Shown one piece after another: positions 44,213-56,490 of a stretch of 64,000 bases of DNA. A program made the position numbers and the translations under genes. The notes under the pieces are model-generated. The model searched no databases. It saw only the letters and a program-made list of their open reading frames with translations, and was not told the origin of the DNA. Numbering within the stretch: position 1 is the first letter of the stretch; each line of letters opens with the position of its first letter. The stretch covers positions 37,386,001 through 37,450,000 of the forward strand of contig NC_135823.1 in assembly GCF_964213995.1 (NCBI RefSeq), written 5' to 3'. Source of the stretch: Mustelus asterias (taxonomy: Eukaryota).

Positions 44213-44345
44213 CCCAGCACAGAGCCGAGACAAGCCACAGCCCAGCCTATATCCAGCACAGAGCCCAGCCTAGCCTGTATCCAGCACAGAGCCGAGACAA
44301 GCCACAGCCCAGCCTGTATCCAGCAGCACAGAGCCAAACAGCACC
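44213..44345 (+). repeat. ~39-bp imperfect tandem repeat in the presumed PLK1 5' UTR
   Basis: CCAGCACAGAGCCGAGACAAGCCACAGCCCAGCCTRTAT, about 3.5 copies. Confidence 0.8.
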
Positions 44346-44445
44346 CCAGGCCTGTGCACCAACCCCGGGACTCCCCCCGGAAAGGACTCGCTCGGGGACT
44401 TTTGCTTGTCTCCCCTCCCCACCCTCTGCATTAAACCCGTTCAAA

Positions 44446-44805
44446 ATGACCACAGCGTCCGGTAAACCGTCAGCCAAGCTGGGAACGGTGGTGGCCCCGC
44501 CGGTGGCCAAGGAGATCCCCGAAATCCTGGTGAACCCCAAGACCATGAAGAGGTACCTGCGGGGCCGCTTCCTGGGCAAAGGGGGGTTCGCCAAGTGCTA
44601 CGAGATCTCCGACACGGACACCAACGAGGTGTACGCCGGCAAGATCGTGTCCAAGACGCTGCTGATGAAGCCGCACCAGCGGGAGAAGATGTCCATGGAG
44701 ATCTCCATCCACAAGAGCCTGAATCACAGCAACGTGGTGGGTTTCCACGGCTTCTTCGAGGACGACGACTTTGTCTACGTGGTGCTGGAGCTGTGCAGGC
44801 GGAGG
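44446..44805 (+). CDS. PLK1: PLK1 exon 1 (360 nt)
   Basis: MTTASGKP...LELCRRR|GTGAGT. Confidence 0.94.
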
Positions 44806-47800
44806 GTGAGTGTACCCCGGGAGGGGAGAGAGGAGCAACATTGGGGCTGCCTGTCCTGTCCCCGGGGGGGGGGGGTGGATGGAGGGAGGGGGTTGTATTT
44901 AATGGGCGGATTGACCGTTTCAAAAGGGTGCGGGGGACACAAAGAGGCCGCTGAATGGGGCGCCTCGCCGCGTCCCCACCGTGGAACCAACTGTAACCAT
45001 TTGGGAGAGGCAGCGGCACCAATCACAGGGGCCGCTGCCGGGGCCATTGGCAACAATGTATCCGGTGGCTTTGTCAATGTATCGACTCGGGGCGGTAGCG
45101 GGCTGGCGGCTTCTCCCCGCTCCCCTGACCCTTCACTGGGGGGGATCTCTCGCCTCCCCCGGGTGGATCCGGGCTCGGCGCCGCCTCGTTGGCCGCTCGC
45201 TTTAAAGGGAGTTGATATTTAAAAATCCGGCAGCTCAGCGGGTTGGCCGCCCAGACTCTCCGTCTCATAAAAAAAGGCGGAGCCACCCGGCCAGGAACTG
45301 AAACCTACGGCAGCCTCCGCCAGATGGACTATTCCCAGCTCACCACCCACCCCCCCCCCCCCCCAAATACTAATTTACCAAATGGCTCCATGTAAAAGCC
45401 AGTAAGAAGTCTCCCAACTTCTTACTGTGTTTACCCCAGTCCAACGCCGGCATCCCCACTCCATGTGAAGCCACAGTTTGTACTCCGGTAATGAACATTC
45501 ACCGGTTCCCCCGCTTGAGCTGGGACTAAGCCCGCATGATCGGGTCACTCTCCTTTCCCCAGTCTTTTTAACTGAACTCTCTCTCTCTCTCCTTTTTATG
45601 CTATAATAATAAAAAAGTAAAATGTCTCCTTCAGTCTCTGTTAGAATTGCACAAGAGGCGAAAGGCCGTCACTGAACCGGAGGCCCGGTATTACCTGAAG
45701 CAAATCATCTCGGGCGGCCAATATCTGCACGACAACCACGTTATCCATCGAGATCTCAAGCTCGGCAACCTCTTCCTCAACGATGACATGGAAGTGAAGA
45801 TAGGTAAAACTTTGCACCGTGTCCTGTCCCGGGTGTCAGTACTGCATGGCCAGTTCAACTGAGCCACTTATGGAACTAAGTATTGCTTTTCTCCTGCAAA
45901 CCGTGCACACATTTATTAAAAAATATTAAACTCGCTCGGAATATCTTTCTATCTATATATATATATATATATCAGACACAGGAAGTTGAGCAGAGTGCAG
46001 GGCTAATTTTCCTCTATTAGTGCGAGTTAATATTTGTGTAAAGTTTGAAGAGTGGGCTTGACTCGACCCTCGCTGGGTTTGGGGGCATTTTACACTCGAA
46101 TTTCCTCGGAGCTACATGACTGATTCTTCAATCGGATCCACCGTAAGGGACATGGGTGGTGGTAGGAAGTGCCATTTAAACGGATAGGGACAATTAAAGG
46201 GGACTGCCCAACTGGTGTGGTAGAGAACGTGAGTGCATCTCGATTTGCCTTGGCGGCGAGGGGGAACAGCTCACTGACTCTCGGTCCTGCCGGGTCACTC
46301 TGTTGGGTTTATAAACGGAAACAGTTGAGCAAGTCATCCACTGTGATGGGTGCTTGTAAATACACTGGAGAAAAGTAGACTGCATTGGGATACTTTGAAC
46401 TTGTATAATGTTTGAAATGATACTTGAAAGATGTACATCTGATGTGCTAAGTGCAATTTTACAAGATGTAAATTTTAAATTAAAGCACTATCTCTGACGT
46501 TCCGCTGATTTCAGCCCCTATGAGGACTCTTGCCCCCGCCCCCCCCCCCCCCCCAGCTGTTACCAGGTATGGTCAAGAGTGACTGAGTGCAGTCAGCTGG
46601 ACTTTGTGATCTAATGACAATACTGACATGCCTGTCTTACAGCACCATGTCAAAAATGACAATTTGGGGTGCCTTCCAGCATAGTGGCTAGTCTGGCCTT
46701 CATGTGTATGTGTCATTGGCCTTTTGTTGGGGGGAAAAAACTTGCATTTAATAGTGTTTTTCACAACCGCCAGACATCTGAAAACGCTTTCCAGCCAATT
46801 GAATACTTTTTTCAAGTTTAGTCCCCTGTAATGTGTGAAATGTGGTAGCCAAAATACAGCCAGGTCCCAAAAATATAGACGATAGGAGGAGGCCATTTGG
46901 CTCTTCGAGCCTGCTCCACCATTCATCACGATCATGGCTGATCGTCCAACTCAAGAGCCTAATCCTGTTTTCTCCCCATAACCTTTGAACCCATTCACCC
47001 CAAGTGCTATATCTAGCCACTTCTTGAATGCATTCAATGCACTCAAACATCCATGTGATGGTGATCAGATAGTCTGTTTGTGATGTTGATTGTGGATTAA
47101 ATATTGGCCCAGGACACCAGGGATAACTTCCCCTGTTCTGAAATGTTGAGCTGTCCAATCTCCATTTGGTAGTGGTCCCTCGCTCCTTTCCAAATCCCCC
47201 CTCAGATGAAGGATTCCCACGGGGAAACCAACTCAATAGAAACAAAAGGAGAGGCAAGTATCAGCTGGGTCATTGAACCTGTCCAACCTTAGCATGGTGC
47301 CACCATAGCCCTCTCAACCACCAAGTTAGCTCAAGGATACCCACCTGACTGCTTTCTAGCATTCTTGTCCTCAGTTATTAGGACTCTTCCACAAGAATGA
47401 GGAAAGGCAATGTAAAATAAAGATTACAATTCAAAGTGGTCTGGGGGATCTCTGTGCATAAATTTTTGAAGGTGGCGGGGCAGTGAATAAGAGATACAGG
47501 ATCCTGGGCGTTATAAATGGGGAGGAAATTGAGGAATGTTTATAAAACACTAGTTCAGCCTCAACTGTGGTATTTTGTCCAAATCTAGACACAATGTTTT
47601 AGGAAGGGAATAAAGGCATTTGGAGAGGACGCAGAAATGGTTTATGACAATGGTTCCAGAGATGGAAGACTTCAGTCATGTGGTTAAATTGGAAAAACTG
47701 GGGCTGTTCACCTTGGAGGAGAGAAGGTTAAAGGGGGGCCTGGACAGTGTAGACAATGGTGGTGGGGTTGCAAAAATGTTCCCCAATGATGGATGGGTGA

Positions 47801-50800
47801 GAACCAGAGGACATCAATTTGAAGTGAACAGCAAAAGATCCAAAGTTAGCAAATGACTAGGATCTGGACTGCATTGGTGGAGTCCAGTGTGGTGGAGGCA
47901 GATTCCTTTATGAACTTTAAAAGGAAATTTGGTTACCTATAGAGAAAATGTTTGCAAGGGGAAAAAATATTGGGGCAGGGACTAATTGAGTTGCTTTTGT
48001 AAAGAGCTGGCATGCATGTGACAAGCCAAATAGCCACCTCCTGTGCTGCAACCATTCTGATTGAGAATAAACACTGACCTATAGTGTGGATTGTTTTGAA
48101 GGTGACTTTGGCCTGGCCACAACAGTACAATATGAAGGAGAACGCAAGAAGACCTTGTGTGGGACGCCCAACTACATTGCCCCAGAAGTGATTGGCAAGA
48201 AAGGACATAGTTTTGAGGTTGATGTCTGGTCTCTAGGCTGTATTATGTGAGTATTTCATTCTCCACTCATATAAGGAGATTTGAATGGAGTTTTTATTGT
48301 ATCCTGCTCACATTGTACCACCATCCTCTTGCAGGTATACACTACTGGTGGGGAAACCTCCATTTGAAACTTCCTGTTTGAAAGAAACATACTTGAGGAT
48401 AAAAAAAAATGAATATAATATTCCCAAGGTGAGTGCTTAGCGTAGACCTTCTATTCTGGGCAAATTACTTCAGGGATATCTGGGACATTGATGAAAGTTC
48501 TAGCTGTTAAATTTTATTAGGTTGTATGAAACCCATCAATGGTTGGGAGTCTATCATCAGACCATTTTGCCGAGGATAAGTTTCATGCACTTATTATTGA
48601 TGTCTTGTCATTAACTGCTGGCAATTCGTTTTAAAAGGACTACACTGGCGCAGAGAAGGTGTAACTATCAGGAAATGCTAAGCATGCTGTGGTTCTTGTA
48701 GAAAAACGAAGGCTAGAAGGTGACCTGGTCGTGATCATTTAAGATTATGAAGGAGTATGGTTGAGATGTTTCCACTGATAGGGAATCTGAAACTAGGTGC
48801 CATAAATTGGAATGTCACTAATAAAACCAATAGGATTACTGCATGAAATGGTGAGATGCAAGCATAGATGTGTCTGAAGGGAAGTGGGAGACAGAAGTAT
48901 AATACTATGAGGAGGTTGGTGTGCATGGGTTGATTGGCCTGTTCTGTAAATTCTATGTAATATTTAACCTTCCTTTTAACCAATTACCACTCTAATCCTC
49001 AGCATGTAAATCCTGTGGCTGCTAGCCTCATACAGAAGATGCTCCGATCTGATCCAAGTGCGCGGCCCAACATCCATGAGCTGCTGAACGATGAGTTCTT
49101 CACGTCTGGCTACCTGCCTGTCCGGTTGCCCACGAGTTGCTTGACTATGGCTCCCAGATTTTCTCTAGCTCCTGGTGGGATTGATTCCAGTATGAGGCGG
49201 CCACTTACGGAACTCAACAAAGGTACCATACATTGGGCAGTGATCGGGTGGCCCTTGACTCCTAATATGTCCACTAGGTGCTTGTGCATATTGTGTAGCA
49301 TGAATTAGAAGTTTCTCAATCTGTACCAAAGAAGATCCATTTCTAAATGTAGTAATTGTGGGAGACTTTTCATTTGCACGTAATCTGGACATATCAAATG
49401 ATGGCTTGGAAAATGAATTTGTAGAATGCTTTTGTGACCGCTTTCTGGAACAAAATTTTAGGAACTGACTAGGGATAAAGTTTAAGTGCTGGAAATACTC
49501 AACTGGTCAGACTGGTGAAAGATCATTAACCTGAAATGTTAAAACTGTTTCTCTTGCAACAGAGGCTGCCAGACCTAAGTATTCCTAGCATTTTAGTTTG
49601 TTTGTTAGTATCACAAGTAGGCTTACATGAACACAGCAGTAAAGTTACTGTAAAAATCCCCTGGTCACCACACTCCAGAGCTTGTTCGGGTACACTGAGG
49701 GAGAATTTAGCATGGCCAATGCACCTAACCAGCACATCTTCCAGACTGGGTGGAAACTGAAGCACCCAGAGGAAACCCACACAGACGTGGGGCAAACGTA
49801 CAGACAGTGACCCAAGCCGGGAATCGAACCCGGGTCCCTGGTGCTGTGAGGCAGCAGTGCTGCTCTGCACCATGCTTCCAATATCCACAACATTTTGCTT
49901 TTTTGTATTGAGGATAAAGCTATTTTAGATCTAATTCTGTGTAATGAGGCATGGTTAGTTAATCTGGTGGCAAAAGCCCCAGGGATGGCAGGGGTTTTTG
50001 TTTTGGGGGTGGGCATGCAGGTGAGCAATGATCATAAATATAATTACATTTGAAATTGACATACTCCCAGGCCCAATCAAGAATTCAATTATTGTATCTA
50101 GGTCTGAGGAAGAGCTGATAAGGCAGCAAATAAACAGTAAGAAACCATTTGAAGAGTCAGTGTTTCATTTTTGAAAAAAAACACTGATCCGTGACTTTCT
50201 AGTGAAGTTAAGGATTGTATTGAATTAAGAGAAGGGGCTTATAATGTTGTAGAGAATTGTAGTAGATCTGTCAGTTGGGGTGTTCTTTTGGCAGCCAAAA
50301 AGTTGATTTTAAAAAGGGGAAAAATAAGAGTAAGCTAATGAGGATTATTAAAATAGATTGAAACTTCTGCAAATATATAAAATGAATAACTAACAAACAT
50401 CGATCCCTTGGAAGCTGGGACAGGAGAAATTATCAAGGGGTGAGGCAATGGCAGAGATGGTGAATATATCAGACTTTTCAGTAGACACAAATTACATGCC
50501 AAAAATGGAATGTAACTGAGGCAACTGAAATTAAAATCGGCAGATATTAGAGAATCTTAAGGGACTAACGGCCAACAAATCCCCAGTGGCCCTCATCCTC
50601 AGGTTCTGAAAAAGACCATAAGAAATAAGGGCAGGGATAGGCCATCCAGACCCTCAAGCCTGCTCTGCCGTTCAATAAGATCATTACGGATGTGATTGTG
50701 ACATCAGCTCCACTTTCCTGCTGCTCATCCCATAACCTTTGACTGCCGTTTATAGATCAAGGTAACTGCAGAGATAGTGGATCCAGTGGTTATGATTTCC

Positions 50801-53800
50801 CAAACGGTTGAAACACTAAATCGTTCCGACTAAGCTTACTTGATATATTGGTACAAAATTATAGCCAATACACATGATCCCAATTGTTCCACTGCTAGTG
50901 ACCACTCTTAATACTTCAGTGTTGCACAAGAGGTGTCCTTTACAGACACTAGTTTGAAAGGAAGAGACCTCTAATGAGACTGTTGAGAACCGTCTAAAAC
51001 TTTATTCTTTAGCTCTCCTAATGACACCATTGAAGGAATGTTAACTCCTGCTGCTGACCAGAAAAGTGTCAAGAACAATTCCACCAACTGTTAACATATA
51101 TAAATTAAACTTCAGTATGTAATTCTTTGGTCACATTCCTTGTAAGTGCAGCTCTGTATTTTGCTGAAATATAACTAAAGGAGATGATAATTCAGCAAAT
51201 TGCAAAACAAATGCAAATTCAGTGACAGAAAACAGAGCAGCACTTAGGTTCTTAGTTAAGTGAAAGATGTTTCTAACAGACTTGCATGTGCAGGAAGTGC
51301 TTCCCCTAATGTTGTGCAAATAACAGTGAATGAAGACTAGAGTAGCAGATGATTAGGGGAATTGTCCCTCATCTCAAGCTGCAGAACCATAAACTGACCA
51401 CATCAATGACAACATTGTGCTCTTAAAGAATGGGGTTTGAAATCTCTGCCAACCACTGGATCTTTTGAGTTACAGCTGAAGGGGAGGAAGTGCAAGTTTT
51501 TGTCTGAGGAAATCTGTTAGTAATTCACTTCCACTAATAGTTTATTGATTTGATCTTTGTAATGTTTATCCAATAGACGTTCCAGCTGGTGACAAACCAG
51601 GCAAGTCGGAAGATGGAGTAGCAAGGTAAGTATTCTCTTACTGCCACTAGAAATGGTGTTTCATGTAGATCAAAGGAAGCGTTTTGATTATATGAGGAGC
51701 TTTGCTGTTGCAATTTATTTTCAATTCTCTTTGAAATGGTCCCATGTATGGGAACTCTCCATGTGCCTGTCTATATCCATTGACTATGCCTGTTGAATTC
51801 TGTCTTTGGGGAGTCATGGAGCTCAATCCATATGGGCTTCCAGTCAAGTTTAAGTAGTTGGTCTATCTTTCTACCTTCCTTTTTCCCTCCTATAATCCAG
51901 GGATTGAATTTGGGAGGCTGTATGGGTCAACACTACATAATGCACATTAGTATAATTGAGATGTTTGAGTTCTTTGAACTTTTCTATAGACCTTTTTCTA
52001 TATTTTATCATTGTGTTGGAAATGCCAGTTGGTCCACTCCCACCCTGACCATTGTTCCTAACCACTCGTGTCATGGGTAGACTATTCAAATATTGGAAAG
52101 GAAGATGTCACATGGTGCTTCTTGGGACTATCAGTTGTAAAACTAATTCAATTTCCTAAACTGCTAATACATTGCTTTAATCTACCAAAATACACCTGAC
52201 TGAGCAAGCAAATGCTGCTATTTTGTACAGTGACTTCTCTTTGCGTGCTTTTGTGATTTGGATTCAATAGCACTCAGTGCATAACTGTGAGATCAAGCTC
52301 TCTGCTGGACAAGTTCATGAGTACGTGAGTCTTTTGTGACTAAACTAATTTCTCTTTTCTACAGAGAAGTAGGGGAATGCAATGATTTCTATCTCTCGGA
52401 CCTATTGCAGCAGCTAAACAGTGTAGTATCAGCAAGGCCAGCCGACAAAGCAGTCATCAGACAAGGTACAGAAACAGGCTTCTCATAGCTCCTGAAGTGT
52501 TTTTTTTATGGCATTTAGGCTGCCTTGACCTGGGCTGCTGGGGGAAAACTAGTGCCCCATGAATTGATGTCCCATTTAATGCCAGCAAAATGGAGTTGCA
52601 TCAACCTTACTTGTATACAATTAATGAAATTCCTGATAGCTAGCTTCGCAACTTCAACTACTCATTCAACCCATCACACATTTTCCCTTATTGATTTTCT
52701 TTTTGTGGGTGAGTAATTGCGCTGTGAAACATTCACTGAATTGGCACCTTGCGGAAAAGGTATAAAATAAACTGCTTAATAAATTTGGGGTAATTTTGCT
52801 TTCCCACCAGCTAGGTTTATCTGTTGTGCTTTCCTTTCTGTTTTTTACCCCCAACTCCATTGTCTTAAGCTTTTTTGTATTTGAACATGTATGAATGCAG
52901 TGTTTACTATTATTTCTTTCTCCTGACAGAGGAGGCTGAAGACCCGGCCTGTATACCGATTTTCTGGGTCAGCAAGTGGGTTGATTATTCTGATAAATAT
53001 GGTTTGGGTAAGTACCATTCTTGACTTGTCTACACTGGATTATTGAACACAAGTACTCTCATACCTTGGGCCCTCATCGTCTTTCTTGGTTACCAGCAGA
53101 GTGAACAAAGAACAATACAGCACAGGAACAGGCCCTTTGGCCCTCCAAGCCTGCGCTGCTCATGTGCCCACTAGACCATTCTTTTATACCCCTCCATTCC
53201 CAGTCTGTTCATGTGGTTATCTAGATAAATCTTAAACGATCCCAGCGTGTCTGCCTCAATCACCTTGCTTGGCGGTGCATTCCAGGCCCCCACCATCCTC
53301 TGTAAAATATGTCCCCCTGACATCTGTGTTGAACCTTGCCCCCCTCACCTTGAGCCCGTGACCCCTTGTGTTCGTCACCTCCGACCTGGGAGAAAGCTTC
53401 CCACTGTTCACTCTATCTATGCCCTTCATAATTTTATACACCTCTATTAGGTCGCCCCTCATCCTCCGTCTTTCTAGGGAGAACAACCCCAGTTTACCTA
53501 ATCTCTCCTCCTAGCTAAGACCCTCCATACCAGGCAACATCCTGGTAAACCTTCTCTGTTCTCTCTCCAAAGCCTCCATGTCCTTCTGATGAATCTGGAT
53601 TAGCTTTTCTGGGGTTACCTTGGCCCAACCTGACTAATCGGTTGAATAATTTATTTGGCACTGTTGTGGGAAATTGGGGAGGGGACTAACTTGTCTGAAT
53701 GCAACCTTAATGATACTGGGGCCTCATGGCCTTAAGAAATGCTGATTTTCTGCATATTAGGGGGAAAAGTTCCTCCAATGAGAGAAATGGTGTATTCTGC

Positions 53801-55819
53801 CTCAAACAGGCTATACTCATCCTATCCTCTATATTAATCAGAAGCAACTTGCTGAGTGGAGACATAACTCTCTAACACAATGTTGCAGGATTTTTCACAT
53901 TTCTCCATATTTCCACTGTTTGTTTGGTGTCTTGATATCTGGCCAGTAGAGTAGGTAACTTGTACAGGTTATGTTCCTTACCTTCCAGCAGTACATTGAC
54001 TCTGCAAATCACTCTCTAGGTTATCAGTTATGTGACAACAGCGTTGGTGTTCTCTTCAATGATTCCACTCGTTTAATCATGTACAATGATGGGGAGAGTC
54101 TTCAGTACATTGAACGTGACATGAGTGAGACTTACCTGAACTTTCGATCCTACCCTCCCAGTCTAAGTAAAAAGGTGAGTGCAGGAGTAGCATTGCCCAA
54201 GATTCAGTAGCTATACAACAGATAATTGGGCTGAAGGCCCTGGATATGTACTCTTGGTTATAAGTATTAGATAAATTGAGATTTGTTCAGTTTGGTGCAC
54301 AAATGCAGTCAGTCTCTCTTTTTAGGAGATGAATATTAATGTGACAGTGGGGAACAAATATTGACCCTAATGAGATCACTCCTGCCTCTGTCAGGAGGGA
54401 CCTATTCAAATTACAAGGCATGGAAACCAAATCTTCAGCTCTGAACAATAGGTTGACAGTCGCTGATGTAGGGGTGGCACGGTAGCACAGTGGTTAGCAC
54501 TGCTGCTTCACAGCTCCAGGGACCTGGGTTCGATTTCCGGCTCGGGTCACTGTCTGTGTGGAGTTTGCACATTCTCCTCGTGTCTGCGTGGGTTTCCTCC
54601 CACAGTCAAAGATGTGTGGGTTAGGTTGATTGGCCATGATAAAATTGCCCCTTAGTTTCCTGAGATGAGTAGGTTAGAGGATAAAATATGTAGGGATATG
54701 GGGGTAGGGCCTGGGTGGGATTGTGGTTGGTGCAGACTCGATGGGCCGAATGGCCTCTTTCTGCACTGTAGGGTTCTATGATTTGTGTGAACAGTCCATT
54801 ATATAGGTTGTGGGAGCCTGCTTTAAAAATCCTTTTGCAGCAAAGGACTAATCACCCAAACAATCAACTGATATAAAAATGATTACAGCTGCAGAAGGTG
54901 TATTCCTAGACCTATCAGCCTGCAAATCCTTCGGCAGTGTGATCTAATGGGTATGTTGACCTGATCTGGGGAAACAACAATTTGCTAATTAGCTTAAGAG
55001 ATGACTGATTTGATCTCATTCATAGTTCAGAGATGAGCAAAATTAGACTAGTTACTGATCCACTGCAGCCTGTTGGAATTGTGGAAAAGGATTGGGTTTG
55101 TCTGATTATTTTTTTTAAACAATTGAATGATTTGCCATCAGGATTCAGTCTTTAAAGAATTGGACAAAGGTGGATGGCTGGCTGTGGAACAGCAAATTGT
55201 GGGCCTTCAAAAGGAACAGTAACAGTTCACCCAAATTTGGGTGGAAACCTTCCACCTACAAAACAATTAGTAACCAAGCATAAAAATGATTCAACATGTA
55301 GAAGGAATGGGTTGTTAATGGAGTCCCTCTCCTTGCAGGCAACCCTGTTGAAATACTTCCGCAACTACATGAGTGAGCACTTGTTGAAGGCAGGGGCCAA
55401 CATCACTCCCCGAGAAGGTGATGAGTTGGCAAGGCTCCCATTTCTGCGGATCTGGTTCAGGACACGCAGTGCAATTGTCTTGCACCTCAGCAATGGAACC
55501 GTCCAAATCAACTTCTTCCAGGTGAGCATCTTTGTTCCAAATGGTGATTGTCATTTTTTATTTTGGTGGAGAAATGCAAGGAATTTATTTTTTTATTTCC
55601 CCACTCTTCCAGGATCACACTAAGATCATCCTGTGCCCACTGATGAATGCAGTGACCTACATTGATGAGAAGCGGGAGTTCCACACATTCAAACTAAGCA
55701 TGATTGAGGAGCATGGCTGCTGCAAGGAGTTGGCGAGCCGATTGCGTTATGCACGTACCATGGTGGAGAAGCTGCTCACCACAAAAGCTGTGGCAACGCA
55801 GATCAAACATGCTGCATGA
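44446..55819 (+). CDS. PLK1: Polo-like kinase 1, complete spliced CDS (11 exons, 1761 nt, 586 aa)
   Basis: join(44446..44805,45635..45803,48102..48246,48335..48428,49003..49222,51577..51625,52365..52465,52930..53007,54020..54174,55339..55521,55613..55819). [20 protein letters not shown]-loop [13 protein letters not shown]-box RRPLTELN, polo boxes [15 protein letters not shown] and QDHTK. Confidence 0.97.
45400..45458. mobile_element. Minimal (~60-bp) Penelope pLTR-derived fold-back insertion in PLK1 intron 1
   Basis: CAGTAAGAAGT-CTCCCA-ACTTCTTACTG plus TGTTTACCCCAGTCCAACGCCGGCATC; imperfect TSD CTCCATGT.AA(A)GCCA. Confidence 0.75.
45635..45803 (+). CDS. PLK1: PLK1 exon 2 (169 nt)
   Basis: [10 protein letters not shown]...[19 protein letters not shown]. 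Confidence 0.96.
46740..47140 (-). mobile_element. Deu-SINE interrupted by a CR1 tail (46875-47035)
   Basis: CTTGCATTTAATAG...CAGCCAATTGAATACTTT and ATATTGGCCCAGGACACC segments flank a CR1 3' UTR. Confidence 0.6.
47405..48062 (+). mobile_element. Degenerate CR1 3' fragment
   Basis: ORF 47620..47856 [16 protein letters not shown]...RTRGHQF. Confidence 0.75.
48102..48246 (+). CDS. PLK1: PLK1 exon 3 (145 nt)
   Basis: GDFGLAT...[17 protein letters not shown]...DVWSLGCI. Confidence 0.96.
48335..48428 (+). CDS. PLK1: PLK1 exon 4 (94 nt)
   Basis: [31 protein letters not shown]. Confidence 0.96.
49003..49222 (+). CDS. PLK1: PLK1 exon 5 (220 nt)
   Basis: [14 protein letters not shown]...RRPLTELNK. 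Confidence 0.96.
49590..49876 (-). mobile_element. V-SINE, A-rich tail type
   Basis: Reverse complement of the 4831 and 60612 copies. Adjacent 49483-49590 is a second-family Penelope pLTR remnant. Confidence 0.83.
51577..51625 (+). CDS. PLK1: PLK1 exon 6 (49-nt linker micro-exon)
   Basis: TAG|AC GTT CCA...GCA AG|GTAAGT. Required to bridge the phase-1 end of exon 5 to the phase-2 start of exon 7. Confidence 0.82.
52365..52465 (+). CDS. PLK1: PLK1 exon 7 (101 nt)
   Basis: [33 protein letters not shown]. Confidence 0.92.
52930..53007 (+). CDS. PLK1: PLK1 exon 8 (78 nt)
   Basis: [25 protein letters not shown]. Confidence 0.96.
53103..53588 (-). mobile_element. CR1 3' end
   Basis: ORF 53256..53486 [25 protein letters not shown]. 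Confidence 0.9.
54020..54174 (+). CDS. PLK1: PLK1 exon 9 (155 nt)
   Basis: [33 protein letters not shown]... Confidence 0.96.
54471..54783 (+). mobile_element. Full-length HE1-like V-SINE with CR1-type tail
   Basis: GGGGTGGCACGGTAGCACAGTGG...GGTTCGATTTCC...V core...GCAGACTCGATGGGCCGAATGGCCTC...GTTCTATGATT. Confidence 0.9.
55339..55521 (+). CDS. PLK1: PLK1 exon 10 (183 nt)
   Basis: [61 protein letters not shown]. Confidence 0.96.
55613..55819 (+). CDS. PLK1: PLK1 exon 11 (207 nt incl. TGA)
   Basis: [21 protein letters not shown]...[21 protein letters not shown]. Confidence 0.96.
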   Translation, partial: DHTKIILCPLMNAVTYIDEKREFHTFKLSMIEEHGCCKELASRLRYARTMVEKLLTTKAVATQIKHAA

Positions 55820-56484
55820 AGACTGGAGCTTCTGACTGGCTGACTGTGTCTGCCCCCATGCAACCAATTCTTTATTTTAGGGGACAAAGTTTGTGTAAAT
55901 AACCCTATTTTTTTTGTAAGACTCGATTTTTGTATTAAACACCTTTTTTGGAAATATCTAAGTGAACAATGTGTTTTGAATCGAGTTGGTGGGGGCAGAA
56001 ACATGACTCTCCATTATGTGTAGTGACTTGAGGCAGATGAGATCATGTAAATTAAGCTGTACATTATGCACCAAACTTTTTCACTCCCTTTTTCAGGTGT
56101 TCTAGTTTCACTTATATCCAAAATTTCAAAAAGCACTTTACAATCTTGAGTTTTGTCGTTTCTTGGGCAACAGTTGTCTCACTACTTTTCCTCCCCAAAC
56201 CCAGTTCTGAGATCTGGAACTCCACTGGTTGAAGAACAGGGTACTTCCTAGATAGTTGGTGCTCTTGAACAGTACAAAGCTGTAGTGACTGATACCAGTT
56301 TGGATGAGAGGCTGAAATGGAGACCTCAAGATATGAATGTCTTTTGCTTTACTTTGGCTCTATTTCTATTCAAAGCTTATCCCAAGAAAGTTGGACAAAC
56401 CTTTAGGAACAACTTTCTGTACAGCTGTTGACACAGGTCTCACAATGAGAACATTTTGTACTTAATTTTTTAATGTAACTATCA

Positions 56485-56490
56485 AATAAA
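56485..56490 (+). terminator. Probable PLK1 polyadenylation signal
   Basis: AATAAA about 670 nt after the stop codon, preceded by a U-rich tract and followed by GT-rich sequence. Confidence 0.65.

Noticed and set aside
44247-45077. Antisense ORFs over PLK1 exon 1 (e.g. 44441..45022, 44470..44841)
   Set aside because: Shadow ORFs of a GC-rich coding exon and CpG island, with no recognisable domains.
44806-45222. C-terminal 138 aa of ORF 44446..45222
   Set aside because: Read-through into intron 1 past a strong GTGAGT donor; the kinase continues at 45635.
54471-54545. tRNA genes (also ~4831, 18240-18340, 18975, 21130-21218, 30980, 60612)
   Set aside because: The A/B boxes belong to SINE heads that run straight into SINE cores; no complete cloverleaf is evident.
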